Shown: positions 46,563 to 58,927 of the stretch, piece after piece | How positions within the stretch are numbered: position 1 is the stretch's first letter | How the letters are laid out: every line of letters starts with the position of its first letter | NCBI GenBank assembly: GCA_038087875.1 | Contig: CM075994.1 | Coordinates: 1,552,001-1,616,000 of the forward strand | Reading direction: 5' to 3' | DNA: 64,000 nt | Source of the DNA: Malacoraja senta | Lineage: Eukaryota | The notes under the pieces: model-generated | Seen by the model: the letters and a program-made list of their open reading frames with translations, nothing else | The model's database searches: none | Told to the model about the DNA's origin: nothing | Program-made: the position numbers and the translations under genes

Positions 46563-49500
46563 TTCAAAGTTTATAAACAGAGAATGGAAGTTTCAGTTTT
46601 ACGGTGTTAGCCACTTGCATGCTCCTTTAGAGGACTTTAAAAATTCATTTTCCCTTTCACCAGACATTCAGCCCATCGAATCTATGGTGTTTCTCAGAGC
46701 AGTCATAGAGTCATACAGCACGGAAACAGACCTTTCGGCACAACTTACCCATGCCGACCAAGATACCCCATAGTCCACCAGCCCACGTTTGGCCCTTATT
46801 CCTCCAACCCTTTCTTATCCATGTCCCACCAACCCCATTTCACCACCACTTTTCCTGTAACCCAATCTCTCGCACTCTGATTCCCCCAACCCACAGACAC
46901 ATGGAGGGCAATTAACCTACAAACCTGTACATGTGGGAGGGAACCGGACTCTCATGACTCTCAGCACTGGGATTCTGGATTCATTGACTAGCAGCAGCTC
47001 AACCTGCTGGTCTGTTTAGTGTAGTTTAGAGCTACAGCACGGAACTGGCCTTCAGCCACACCGAGTCCTTGCCAACCATTGATCACTTGTTCATACAAGT
47101 TTCTTATGTTATCTTTACTTTAGTTTAGTTTATTGTCACGTGTACCAAGGCACAGTGAAAGCTTTTTTTTGTGCTATCCAATCAGCAGAAAGACAATACA
47201 TAATTACAATCAAGCATCCGCAATGTCCAGATACAGGACAAAGGGATCTTTATAAAATATCTCACTTTCACACCCACTCCCTACACAATTCACAGAGGGC
47301 CAATTAACCTATAAACCCTGCACGTCTTCAGGATGTTGGAGGAAACCAGAACACCCGGAGAAACCCATGCAGTCACAGGGCGATCGGTGCAAACTCCACA
47401 CAGAAAGCAGCCGAGGTCAGGATTGAACCCGGGTCTCTGGAGCTGCGAGACAGCGACTCAACCTGCTGCACCATCGTGCTACCCTGCTCGATTTATACTT
47501 TGCTAAGCGATTCCTTATGTTAGGATACCAAACACATGTGGGGAGTTACTGATTTTGTGTACATTGGAGAAGTTTTAGGTCAAGTTTTTATAAACACACT
47601 TTAAAATCTGTTTGATTATGGTGGTTCATGACAGATTCTTGGTTCAATAAAATATAAATTAGCTCGGTCAAAATAAATGTTGTTTTCAAAACTGACGCAG
47701 CTTTGGGCAGAGTTCACAATTGGATAACTAGTGGGGCCCAGCTTCAAGGTGAGAGGGGGAAAGTTTAACGGTGATGTGTGGGACAGTTTTTTTTTTTACA
47801 CAGAGTAGTGGGGGCCTGGAATACATCGCCAGGGGTGGTGGGTGGAGGCAGATACGATAATGGCATTTAAGATGCTTTTTGGATAGGCACATGGAAGTGC
47901 AGGGAATGGAGGGATATGGATCATGGACAATCAGATGAGATCAACTTGGCATCATGTTCGGCACAAACGTGGCCAAAGGGCCCATTCTGTGCTGTTCTAT
48001 TTTCCCATAACCAGCTTGAAGTAAAAATACACAAGGCGCTGGAGTAACTCAGCAGATCAGGGGAACATGGATCGGTGACGTTTCGGGTCGGAACGGACGG
48101 AACCAGCTGGTTCCTTCAGACGGAACCAGCTAATAACCAGTGTGGTATTTCCCTGGTTTAAGATTGCCTGGAGCAATACTACAGACCGATACATGTTTAT
48201 TAATGAATACAAAAATTAAATTGACTTTGGTTTAGAGATACAGCATGGAAACAGGCCCTTCAGCCCACGCCGACCATTGATCACCTATTCACATTTAGTT
48301 CTATGATTTCCCACTTTCTCATCCACTTGCTACACACTGGGGGCAATTTATACAGGGGACAATTAACCTACAAGTCTGCAAAACTTTGAGATGTGGAAGG
48401 AAACTAGAGCACCCAGAGGAAAACCCACGGGGATGCAGAGAGAATGTACAAACTCCACACACAGATAGCACCTGAGGCCAGGATCAAACCCGCGTCTCTG
48501 GTGCTGTGAGGCAGCGGCTCTACCCCTGCGCCCGCCACTGTGACATCCAACCGAACAGCTAATCCTGGCTTCGCCCTTGGTCATTTTCTCATCTCCTGGT
48601 TGGGAATCTCCTTCAGTGAATGACCTCTGGTTATCAAACTCTCAATAACTGTTTCTATTCTCCAAGCTGGTTGTTAGAACATAGAACCGTACAGCACCGC
48701 AACGGGACCTCTGGCCCACAATGTTTGTGTCAAACAGTTAATCTAATCTCCTTTGCTTGTACATGATCCATATCCCTCCATTCCCTGCACTTCCATGTGC
48801 CTATCCAAAACCTCTTAAACACCCCTATCGTATCTGCCTCCATGACCACCCCTCGCAGTGCGTTCCAGGCCCCCACTACTCTGTGTAAAAACCGTGACCC
48901 ACACGTCTCCATTAAACTTTCTCCCTCTCACCTTATAGCTTTGACAATAGACAATACGGCCCTTCAAACCAGCACCGCCATTCAATGTGATCATGGCTGA
49001 TCATCCACAATCAGTATCCCGTTCCTGCCTTCTCCCCATATCTCCTGGCTCCGCTATCTTTAAGAGCCTTATCTAGCTCTCTTTTGAAAGTATCCAGAGA
49101 ACTGGCCTCCACCGCCCTCTGAGGCAGAGAATTCCACAGACTCACAATGTGTGAAAAAGTGTTTCCTCATCTCCGTTCTAAATGGCTTACTCCTATTCTT
49201 AAACTGTGGCCCCTGTTTCTGGACTCCCCCAACATCGGGAACATGTTTCTCAGCTCCCTAGTTTGCCCTGGGAAAAATGGTTCTGACTGGTCTATCACAT
49301 CTATGTCTCTCATCATTGAATATACTTCCATCAGGTCACTCCTCAGCCTCCAGCGTTCCAGAGGAAAACAAATCCATAGAAAATTAGTGTGGGGTGGAAC
49401 TGCAGATGCTGGTTTTTACCGATTAAACACAAAATGATTGAGTACTCAGCGGGTCAGGCAGCATCTCTGGAGAAAGACACAAAATGCTGGCGTAAGGGTC

Positions 49501-50568
49501 TGACATGAAACTTCACCTATTTTTCTCCACAGATGCTGCCTGACCCGCTGAGTTTACTTCAGCAGCTTGTGTCTGTCCAGAGAAAACTAATCAGCTCGTG
49601 ATGTTTGCCTGACACTGTGGCATCTGTAACATAAAAGATTAGGGAATGCTAAACCAATCTGCCAAAGGAAGTCCTGCAGTAGATTTTCTGCACTGGTTGC
49701 GATAAGATATCCAATTGTAAGCTCCACCCAAAGCTGTGTCAGTTTTAAAATCAACATTTAATTCGGCCGAGTTCATTTACATTCTATTGAACAAAGAATC
49801 TGTCATGAACCAACAAAATCAAACAGTGTCTGAAGAAGGGTCTCGACTGCCATGCTGTGAGAACAGAGAGGTTGAGAAGGAGTTTCTTCCCAGAGGCCAT
49901 TAGGACTGTAAACTCCTATCTCACCAGGGACTAACTTTACTGTGTACCACTCTACTGGTTTTAAAAATTGGTTTTTTGTTTTCCCCGTTTTTTTCCCCTT
50001 TTTCCTTCCGCCCACAATATTTAATATGTAAAAGAATATGTAATTCTATTCTTCCATTCTGTTGTAGTTTTTTTTTTTTTGCACAATCCGCAGGCATTGC
50101 CACTTGTCATTTCACTACACATCTCGTATGTGTATGTGACAAATAAACTTGACCCGAAATGTCGCCAATTCCTTCTCTCCATAGATGCTGCCTCACCCGC
50201 TGAGTTTCTCAAGCATTTTTTGTCCACCTAGTGTTTTTAAAAGCGTGTTTTTATTAAAGAATTGACCTAAAACTACTCTGACGTACACAAAATCAGTAAC
50301 TCTCAGCATGTGTTGGGCATCGAAACGTAAGGAATCGTTTTGTAAAGCACAAATAGAGCTGGGCGGCATGGTGGTGCAGCGGGTAGAGCCACTGCCTCAC
50401 AGCTCCAGAGACCTGGGTTCATTCACCTGACCTCAGGTGCTTTCTCTGTGGAGTTTGCACATTCTTCCTGTGACTGCTTGGGTTTCTTCCTATTGTTCCG
50501 GTTTCCTCCCACATCCCAAAGACGTGCAAGTTTGTCGGTTAATTGGCCCGGCCAGTGGTTGCACCTAC

Positions 50569-50678
50569 CATTGTTGTTCCGTTCATCGATCGGTGCACGG
50601 ATCCCGCCCCCGCCTAATCAGACAAATGGCTACATGGCTCCAAAACAGATCGTCTGGCTTTCTGATATTTTGCTGGAT
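50569..50678 (-). CDS. NT5E: Ecto-5'-nucleotidase exon 6, with a +1 frameshift as sequenced
   Basis: ttcag|ATC CAG...AAT G|gtagg; reads IQQNIRKPDDLFWSHVAICLI, then after a frame change GGGIRAPIDERNNNG; 110 nt where phase 0/1 requires 3n+1. Confidence 0.88.
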
Positions 50679-50684
50679 CTGAAA

Positions 50685-51220
50685 TGAGAGAGAGTGAGAG
50701 TGAGAGTGGGGGAGAGGAGAGAAGTGACGGGAGAGAATGGGAAAGGAGAGGGAAAAGGAGTGAGAGAGAGAGACAGAGAATGAGCAAAGGAAAGACAGGG
50801 AGGAAAAGAGGGTGAGAGAGAGATGGAGGAAGAGTGAGAGGAAAGGGAGAGCAGAAGAGAGAAGGGGAATGGAGAAGGAGAGAGGGAGAAAAGAGAGGGG
50901 AGAGAGAGAGAGAGAAGGATAAAAGAGATGGAGAGTGAGGGAAGAGCGGGTAAGGGAGAGAGGGGTGAAAGGAGACAGAGAAGGGGAGAGAGAGAGAGAG
51001 GAAGAGAGAGAGAGGAAGAGGGAGAGGGAGAGAGAGAGAGAGGAGAGAGAGGGAAGGGAGAGAGAAGGGAGGGATTGAGTGAGAAGAAGGAGAAAGAGGA
51101 GGGGTAGAGAGATGGAGGGAGAGGAAGTGAGAGAGCGGGTAGAGGAACAGAGAGAGAAGGAGAAGGAGAGGGCAGGGAGAGGGAGCGAGAGGAGGAGAGA
51201 ATGAGGGATGGGCAGAGCGG
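50685..51220. repeat. ~535-bp GA-rich polypurine low-complexity tract
   Basis: Almost only A and G on the + strand. Confidence 0.95.
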
Positions 51221-52049
51221 GAAATGCAGCATTGATTTCATCAGTTCACTTGAACATTTCTACTTGACCGTTTTGGGGACGGTGATGTGAGTGGGAGTGA
51301 TGGAACAGGTTGGGTGACCACGTTACCTCTCCACACTGACGTGCAGAGACACACCGACTCTGCATCGGACACCACCACCGCCTGCTTCCCCCTGCGCCGG
51401 GTAAGTAAATTGTCCCTTGTGTGTAGGATAGTACTAGTGTGCGGGGATCGCTGGTTGGAGCAGGGTCGGTGGGCCGAAGGGCCTGTTTCCACGTTGTATT
51501 TCTAAAGTAAACTAAATAACGGAGGGGGAAAATGCTTTAACTGATTCAGTCATTTAATAGTTTTGTTTTATTGTCAGCGGAAGGCAGATGGTCCGAGCCA
51601 AAGTCTGAAGAAGGGTCTGGACCCGAAACGTGACCCATTTCCTTCTCTCCAGAGATGCTGCCTGTCCCGCTGAGTTACTCCAGCATTTTGTGTCTACCTT
51701 CGATTTAAACCAGCATCTGCAGTTCTTTCTACACAAGGCAGATGGTCCTTTGGCCAACCAATGCGGCAGTGAATGTAGGGCCCAGGGGAATATTGTAGAG
51801 CAATGGGCTGCACAGTGGCGCAGCGGTAGAGCTCCTGCCTTACAGCACCAGAGACCCAGGTTCGATTCTGACTACTGGTGCCGTCTGTACGAGTTTGTAC
51901 ATTCTCCCCGTGACCGTGTGGGTTTTCCCCGGGTGCTCTGGCTCCTCTCACACTCCAAAGATGTGCAGGTTTGTAGGCTAATTAACTTCCGATGATTGTG
52001 GACCTATGATGGTATGGTATGTGTCAGCGGGAGATGGTAGACTGCTCAC

Positions 52050-52204
52050 CATAGCATCACAGATCATGTTCCCCATGTTACATTCCCAATTCCGGCATCC
52101 CACGGTGGTCCCGTCCAAGTACACCACCGTCCGGCCAATGTTTTCTTTCCCAAAATTGGCCAGGGAGGCTTTCCAGCTGTCCACATCTGCCAGCAGCTTC
52201 TTCT
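52050..52204 (-). CDS. NT5E: Ecto-5'-nucleotidase exon 5
   Basis: ctgcag|AG...ATG|gtgag; 155 nt; KKLLADVDSWK..IGRTVVYLDGT..CRNWECNMGNMICDAM. Confidence 0.95.
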
Positions 52205-52327
52205 CTGCAGGAGAGGTAAGGTTTCACCAATGGTCATGTGTGGGGTAGACCGGCCCTCGCCCCTCTGCCAGCCCAGCCCCTCCCTGTCCACCCTTCCCCA
52301 TCCCTCTCACATCCCTCTGACTGCCTC

Positions 52328-53815
52328 GGACTTTCGGGCACAGCATTAAAATGGTTTGAATCCTACTTGAAGGACAGGGACTACTTTGTGTCTATAGGTA
52401 ATTACACATCTGAGCGTGCAAAATTACATGTGGAGTTCCCCAGGGCTCCATTCTGGGGCCTCTTCTGTTTAACATCTACATGCTTCCACTGGCTCAGAGC
52501 ATGAAAAACATCAAAATATGTTACCATAGTTATGCAGACGACACACAAATCTACATAACAATACCACCAGGAGACTATAGTCCAATACAAGCACTGAGTA
52601 GATGCATTGAGCAAATCAACGATTGGATGAACCAGAATTTTCTCCAATTAAACAAAGAAAAAACTGAAATAATTGTTTTTGGAGCCAAGGAAGAACGATT
52701 AAAAGTTAGCACCCAGCTTCAAATGGTAATGCTAAAAACAACAAACCAAGCCAGAAACTTAGGAGCAGTCATGGACTCAGACCTGAACTTCAACAGCCAC
52801 ATAAAAACAGTCACAAGTCAGCCTACTATCACCTAAAGAATATATCAAGGATTAAAGGACTTATGTCTCAGCAGCATTTGGAAAAACTTGTCCATGCATT
52901 TATCTTCAGCCAGGCTCGACTACTGTAACAGTGTCTTTACAGGTATCCCTAAAAAGTCGATCAGACAGCTGCAGTTAATTCAGAACGCTGCTGCTCGAGT
53001 CCTCACTAAGACCAAAAAAAGTAGATCACATTACTCCAGTTCTGAGGTCTTTACACTGGCTTCCTGTCTGTCAAAGAATTGATTTCAAAATACTACTGTT
53101 GGTTTATAAAGCACTGAATGGTTTAGGGCCAAAATACATTTCTGATCTTCTGCTTAGCTACGAACCACCCAGACCTCTCAGATCGTCTGGGACAGGTCTG
53201 CTCTGTGTCCCCAGAGTCAGAACTAAACATGGAGAGGCATCATTTAGTTTTTATGCACCACATATCTGGAACAAACTTCCAGAAAACGGCAGGTCTGCTG
53301 CAACTCTCAGCTCTTTTAAATCTAGACTGAAGACTTTTCTGTTTGCCGCTGCCTTTCAGTAAACAATACAATTTATTAAAGAAGGAACTGCAGATGCTGG
53401 GAAAATCGAAGGTACACAAAAATGCTGGAGAAACTCAGCGGGTGCAGCAGCATCTATGGAGCGAAGGAAATAGGCAACGTTTCGGGCCGAAACGTTGCCT
53501 ATTTCCTTCGCTCCATAGATGCTGCTGCACCCGCTGAGTTTCTCCAGCATTTTGTGTACCTTCAATACAATTTATTAATTACCTATACTGCACTGTAACT
53601 TCTATTTCCTGGTTTTATTCTATTTTAAATATTTTATTTGATTGCTTTTAATTTTGTAATTATTTTATCTGAATAATCTAATAATCATTTTATATCTAAA
53701 TGTCATTTTATATGTGTTTCTTTCAAACGCTTTAAATGTTTTATGTAAAGCACTTTGAATTACCTTGTGGTTGAAAGGTGCTATACAAATAAACTTGCCT
53801 TGCCTTGCCTTGCCT
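52328..53815 (+). mobile_element. 5'-truncated L2-clade LINE with a (CTTGC)n tail, in NT5E intron 4
   Basis: Encodes [21 protein letters not shown] and RLDYCN; ends AATAAA-CTTGCCTTGCCTTGCC. Confidence 0.88.
53380..53562. mobile_element. Fold-back Penelope-derived insertion in the L2 3' UTR
   Basis: 16-bp TSD CAATACAATTTATTAA (53364-53379 and 53563-53578); near-perfect internal inverted arms of ~75 bp. Confidence 0.85.
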
Positions 53816-54062
53816 CTCCCCACTCAGACTCCACAGCAAGGCCACCAGCACAATCAAGGACGGGTCTCACCCCAGACACTCCCTCTTCTCCCCTCTCCCA
53901 TCAGGGCAGGAGGTACAGAAGTTTGAAAACTCACACCTCTGGAATTGGCGGCACAGACTCGCAGCACCAGAGACTCGGGTTCGATCCTTACATGGTGCTG
54001 TCTGAGTGTGGAGTTTGTACCTTCTCCCTGTGACCACGTGGGTTTCTCCAAGTGCTGTCACA

Positions 54063-54320
54063 TCCCAGCCAAGCCGATCCCAAGCCAAGCCGATCCCAGC
54101 CAGGCCGATCCCAGCCAGGCGTCCCAGCCAGGCCGATCCCAGCCAGGCCGATCCCAGCCAAGCCGATCCAGCCAAGTCAAACTCAGCCAAGTCAACTCAG
54201 CCAAGTCAAACTCAGCCAAGTTAAACTCAGCTATGCTAAAACTCAGCTAAACCACTCGGCTAAACCAAACTCAGCTACGCTAAACTCAGCTAAGCTAAAC
54301 TTGAATCAGCTTAGCTAACA
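54063..54320. repeat. 15-bp-period minisatellite whose unit sequence drifts along the array
   Basis: CCCAGCCAGGCCGAT changes to AACTCAGCCAAGTCA and then AAACTCAGCTAAGCT. Confidence 0.85.
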
Positions 54321-54639
54321 TAAACTAGGCTCAACCCCATTCTCCTGTCTTCTCCCTGTAGCCTTTTACAACTAAACAAGATCCTATCATCCCTGCTTTA
54401 AAATATCCAATGACTTGGCCACCACCCTCATGTGGCAATAAATTCCACAGATTCGCCACCCTCTGGCAAAATAAATTCCTCCGCATCTCCATTCTAAAGG
54501 TACGTCTATTTATGCTGAGGCTGTGCCTTCTGGTCCTCGACTCTCCCACTAGTGGGAATATCATCTCCCCATCCACTCTATCCAGGCTTTTCATATCTAT
54601 CTACCTATCTTTGCCTCTGGTAATTTTATATATCTCTAC

Positions 54640-55562
54640 TTGGACAAAGGAATGAAGGCTTTGTGTCAAAGTTTGCAGATGATACGAAAATAGGTGGAGG
54701 GACAGGTCATGTAGAGAAAGCAGGGACTCTGCAGAAGGACTTGGACAGGTTGGGAGAGTAGGCAAAGAAGTGGCATAAGGAATATAGTGTAGCAAAGTGT
54801 GTAGTCATGCATTTTGGTAGTAGGAATAAAGGCATAGGGCTATTTTCTAAATGGGGTGAAAATTCCCCCAAAGTTAATCTGCAAGTCGAATCGAGAGCAA
54901 AGAAAGCAAACTCAACGCTAGCATTTTTTCAATAGGGCTTGTATATAAAACAGGGATGTAATGTTGAGGTTCTAAGGCATTGGTAAGGCCGCATTTGGAA
55001 AATTGTGAGCCATTTTGGCACCATATCGAAAGAAGGATGTGCTGGCTCTGGAGAGGGTCCAGAGGAGGTTTACAGGAATGATCCCAGGAATTAGTAGGTT
55101 AACCTATGATGAGCGTTTATCCGGCCTAGGCCTGTACTCACTGGAGTTTAGAAGAATGAGGGGGGACCTCATTGAAACATACAGAATAGTGAAAGGCTTG
55201 GATAGAGCGGATGTGGAGAGGATGTTTCCACTAGTGGGGGAGTCTAGGAATAGAGGTCATAGCTTTAGATGTAAAGGACGTTCTTTTAGGAAGGAGATCA
55301 GGAGAAATTTCTTTAGTTAGAGGGTGGGGAATCTGTGGAATTCTTTGCCACAGAAGGCTGGAGGCCACAGAAGGCTGGAGGCCACATCAGAGGATATTTT
55401 TAAGGCAGAGATATATAGATTCTTGAATCGTACAGGTGTCAGAGGTTATGGGGAGAAGGCAAGAGAATGGTGTTAGGTGGGAGAGATAGATCAGCCATGG
55501 TTGAATGGCAGAGTAGACTTGGTGGGCCGAATGGTCCAATTCTACTCCTATTCCTTATGACC
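54640..55562 (+). mobile_element. Degenerate CR1 LINE 3' portion
   Basis: Contains FADD-like and LERVQRRFT..LGLYSLEFRRMRGDLIE motifs plus the 3' UTR. Confidence 0.85.
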
Positions 55563-55978
55563 TATCAAGTCTTCCCTCAACCTCCGATGTTCCAGAGAAA
55601 ACAATCCAAGTCTATCCAAACTCTACATGTGGTTGAAACCCTCTAATCCAGGCACCATTCTGATAAACTTCCTTTGCACCCTCTCCAAAGCCTCCATATC
55701 AATTCCTGTAACAGGGTGACCAGAACTGCACGCAATACTCCAGATCTGGCCTCACCAAATGTGTAGGATGAAATTGCAGATGTTGATTTACAATGAAGAT
55801 AGGCACAAAAAGCTGCAGAAACTCAGCGGGTCAGACAACATTTCTGGTGAAAAGGAATGGGTGAGGTTTCAGGTCAAGATCCTGAAACGTCAGCTATCCA
55901 TGTACTCCAGAGATGCTGCCTGACCCGCTCTTGTGTGTATCTGTGGCCTGACCAAAGTCCCACAGAGGTGTGTGTTAC

Positions 55979-56176
55979 CCTGGGGGATGCTGCTGTCTAG
56001 CAGGATGGGGTTCCCTTTGCTCTCCGTCACTAGGCCCGCCTTGTCGAAGGTGAGCTGCAGATACCCCAGGTACTTCCCGTACGCGTAGGCCTGGACCACA
56101 GGGACCCGCCGCCCATCATCCGACTTCACCATGAATGGGTATTTGCCAACTGGTACATCGTTGGATGGAGCCTTGC
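55979..56176 (-). CDS. NT5E: Ecto-5'-nucleotidase exon 4
   Basis: cacag|GC...CAGG|gtaac; 198 nt; KAPSNDVPVGKYPF..VPVVQAYAYGKYLGYL..GNPILLDSSIPQ. Confidence 0.95.
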
Positions 56177-56937
56177 CTGTGAAAACAAACCAACATAAGC
56201 AATGTAGACTCGGCCTAATGTTGTAGGACAACTTGTTCGATTTGATCTTATTTGATTGTGCACGCCAGGTTGATTGCATTCTCCCACCTCAGGAAAACTA
56301 TCAATAAAGTAACAAGTGTCACCTCCTCAGCACATCCGAGATCCTGCCTCTGCTGGCCAGTCTGGAGACCTTCTGTCACCAGCACACACCACGGTCCAAG
56401 CTCTCGGTCTCTCCATCTCACACTCTGCCTCACCCTCCGCCCCAATCTAAGTACAACTGGTAACTATGTTGTTTAAACTAGCTATCCTCCTTAGTGCTAT
56501 CAACATGAGTTCTGTGTCCTATCGGACGCCGAGCTAGTCTCGGATGTCTCTCGGAAGGCAAAGCTTATGTGAGTGACCTCACAGATGGCCATGATTCCCT
56601 TTGGCCCACGCCGACCAACATGCCCCATCTACACTAATCACACCTGCCTGCATCTGGCCCATATCCCACTAAACCTGTCCAATTCATGTACCTACCCCAA
56701 TGTCTCCGAAAGGTTATGATAGTACCAGCTTCAACTATCTCCTGTGGCAGCTCGTTCCATACACCCACCACCCTATGCCACCTGCTCTATTTATACTTTA
56801 CATAACTATTCTTTACCTTACGATGCATATTCTGGGAGTTGCTGATTTTGTGTACGTCAAGGAGTATTTTTAAGTTGACGTTGCCAGAAGGGGAGAGGGA
56901 AGGAAATCCGGCCACCTCCACAGAGAGCCAGACAACT

Positions 56938-57288
56938 GGGGCAGCACGGAGGTGCAGCGGTAGAGCTGCTGCCTTACAGCGCCAGAGACCCGGGTTTGAT
57001 CCCGACTACGGGTGCTGTCTGTACGGAGTTTGTACGTTCTCCCCGTGACTGCTTGGGTTTTCTCCGGGACATTGACCATGTGGATTTCTCCGTGACCATG
57101 TTGAATTTGTCTGGGTGCTCCGGTTTCCTCCCACACTCCAAAGACGTACAGGTTTGCAGGTTAATTTGTTTGGTATTAATGCAAATTGTCCCTCGTGTGT
57201 AAGACAGTGCTAGTGTGCGGTGATCGCTGGTCGGCACGGACTCGATGGGCCGAAGTGCCTGTTTCCATGCTGTATCTCTAAACTAAAC
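56938..57288 (+). mobile_element. tRNA-derived SINE (HE1/V-SINE-like) with a short internal duplication
   Basis: A/B-box head, repeated CTCCGTGAC-like segment and a (CTAAA)n tail. Confidence 0.8.
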
Positions 57289-57423
57289 TGGTCGTGGGAA
57301 TGTTGGACAAACCCGGAGGGGGGACATTGCCGGGATCGCCGGCATCACCGCGGTGAGCCGGCATGTGCACTGTAAGTCGGCCGCGAGGCTGGCCGTCAGA
57401 CGGGTGCACGGCAGGGGCGGTAC

Positions 57424-57612
57424 CTGTGTAAAGGAAGGTGTTGCTGTGTCCGCCCACCACCGCATCCACTCCCCGCACTCTCTGCGCGATCTGCTGGTCC
57501 GTCTGGAAGCCCGCGTGCCCCAGGGCGATGATCTTGTTCACCCCCTGCTTCGTCAGCTTGTCCACCTCGCGCTGTATGGCCACAATCTCATCCTCAAAGA
57601 TCAGGTGCGGCC
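57424..57612 (-). CDS. NT5E: Ecto-5'-nucleotidase exon 3
   Basis: ccag|GG...ACAG|gt; 189 nt; contains the metal-ligand motifs IIALGH and VVGGHSNTFLYT. Confidence 0.95.
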
Positions 57613-58927
57613 CTGGAACAACAACAACAATGCACGTTCTCCAGTTATAGGTAACTTTTACCAACACCTGCCTTCCCTCTCCCCCATTCACTTTACACCA
57701 CAATGTGTGTTTGAGTTTGAGTTTATTGTCACGTGTACCGAGGTACAGTGAAAAGCTTTTGTTACGTGCTAACTAGTCAGTGGAAAGACGACACGATTAC
57801 AATCAAGCCATCAACAGTGTACAGATACAGGATAAAGGGAATGTTTAGTGCAAGATAAAGGCAGCAAAGTCCGATCAAAGATAGTCTGAGTGTCTCCAAT
57901 GAGGAAGTGTGGGATTATACCGGCCCTTTCCCCTCTGTCACCCCTGCCCCTCCTGATCCATAATCCCCTCCTTCCCCCCGCCGTGGCCTCCAGCATCATC
58001 AAGGACCAGTCACACCCTAGTCATTCCCTCTTTTCCCCTCTCCCATCAGGCAAGAGGGACAGAAGTTTGAAAACACACCTCCAGATTCAGGGACAGTTTC
58101 TTCTCAGCTGTTATCAGACAACCGAACCATCCTATAAGCAACTAGAGAGCGGTCTTGACTTCCCATCTACCTCACTGGAGACCTTCGGACTATCTTTCAT
58201 CGGACTTTTCTGGACTCTATCTTGCACTAAACGTCATTCCCTTTATCCTGTATCTGTACACTGTGGACGGCTTAATTGTAATCATGTGTAGTCTTTCTGC
58301 TGACGCAACAAAAAGCTTTTCAATGTACCTGGGCACACGTGACAATAATAATCGAAAGTAAAGCCTGACTGACCTTGCACCAGTTTCTTCCCCACATTAA
58401 CAGTCCATTAACTAGTTTCACGGCTCTCACTATGTATCCCTCTTGGACTCACACATGTTTCTGTTGAACAATCTGCCTATCAAGGAACTGGTCGCTGGCC
58501 GTGATTTGTCCAGCATCTTTTTGCTTCCAGTTTGTTTCCAACCTGCCTCAACTCACTCGAGTACAATCAGTCTGAAGAATGGTTCCGACCCACAATGTCA
58601 CCTATGTACTCCAAAGATGCTGCCTGACCCGCTGAGTGACTCCAGCACTTTGTGTCGATTTTTACAGACAATGCACACTTGATGGGAATGTCAATGCAAG
58701 AGTCATTAGTTTATTGTCACGTGTAGCGAGGTACAGTGAAAAGCAGCCAGCGGAAAGACAATCCATGATTACAATCGTCCACGGTGTACAGATACATGAT
58801 AAAGGGAATATCGTGAATAACGTTTCGTGCAAAGTCAAACCAGTAATGTCTGATGAAAGATAATCGAGTGTTTCCAGTGGGGTAGATAGTAGTTCAGGAC
58901 AGCAGTCGCAGGCCGTTCAACACCTAC

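Noticed and set aside
50630..51241. 203-aa Ser/Leu/Pro-rich ORF
   Set aside because: It is a translation of the CT low-complexity tract; only the overlapping NT5E exon 6, in another frame, is coding.
54006..54318. Repetitive ORFs or a CRISPR-like array
   Set aside because: Contiguous tandem minisatellite with no unique spacers, in a eukaryotic intron.
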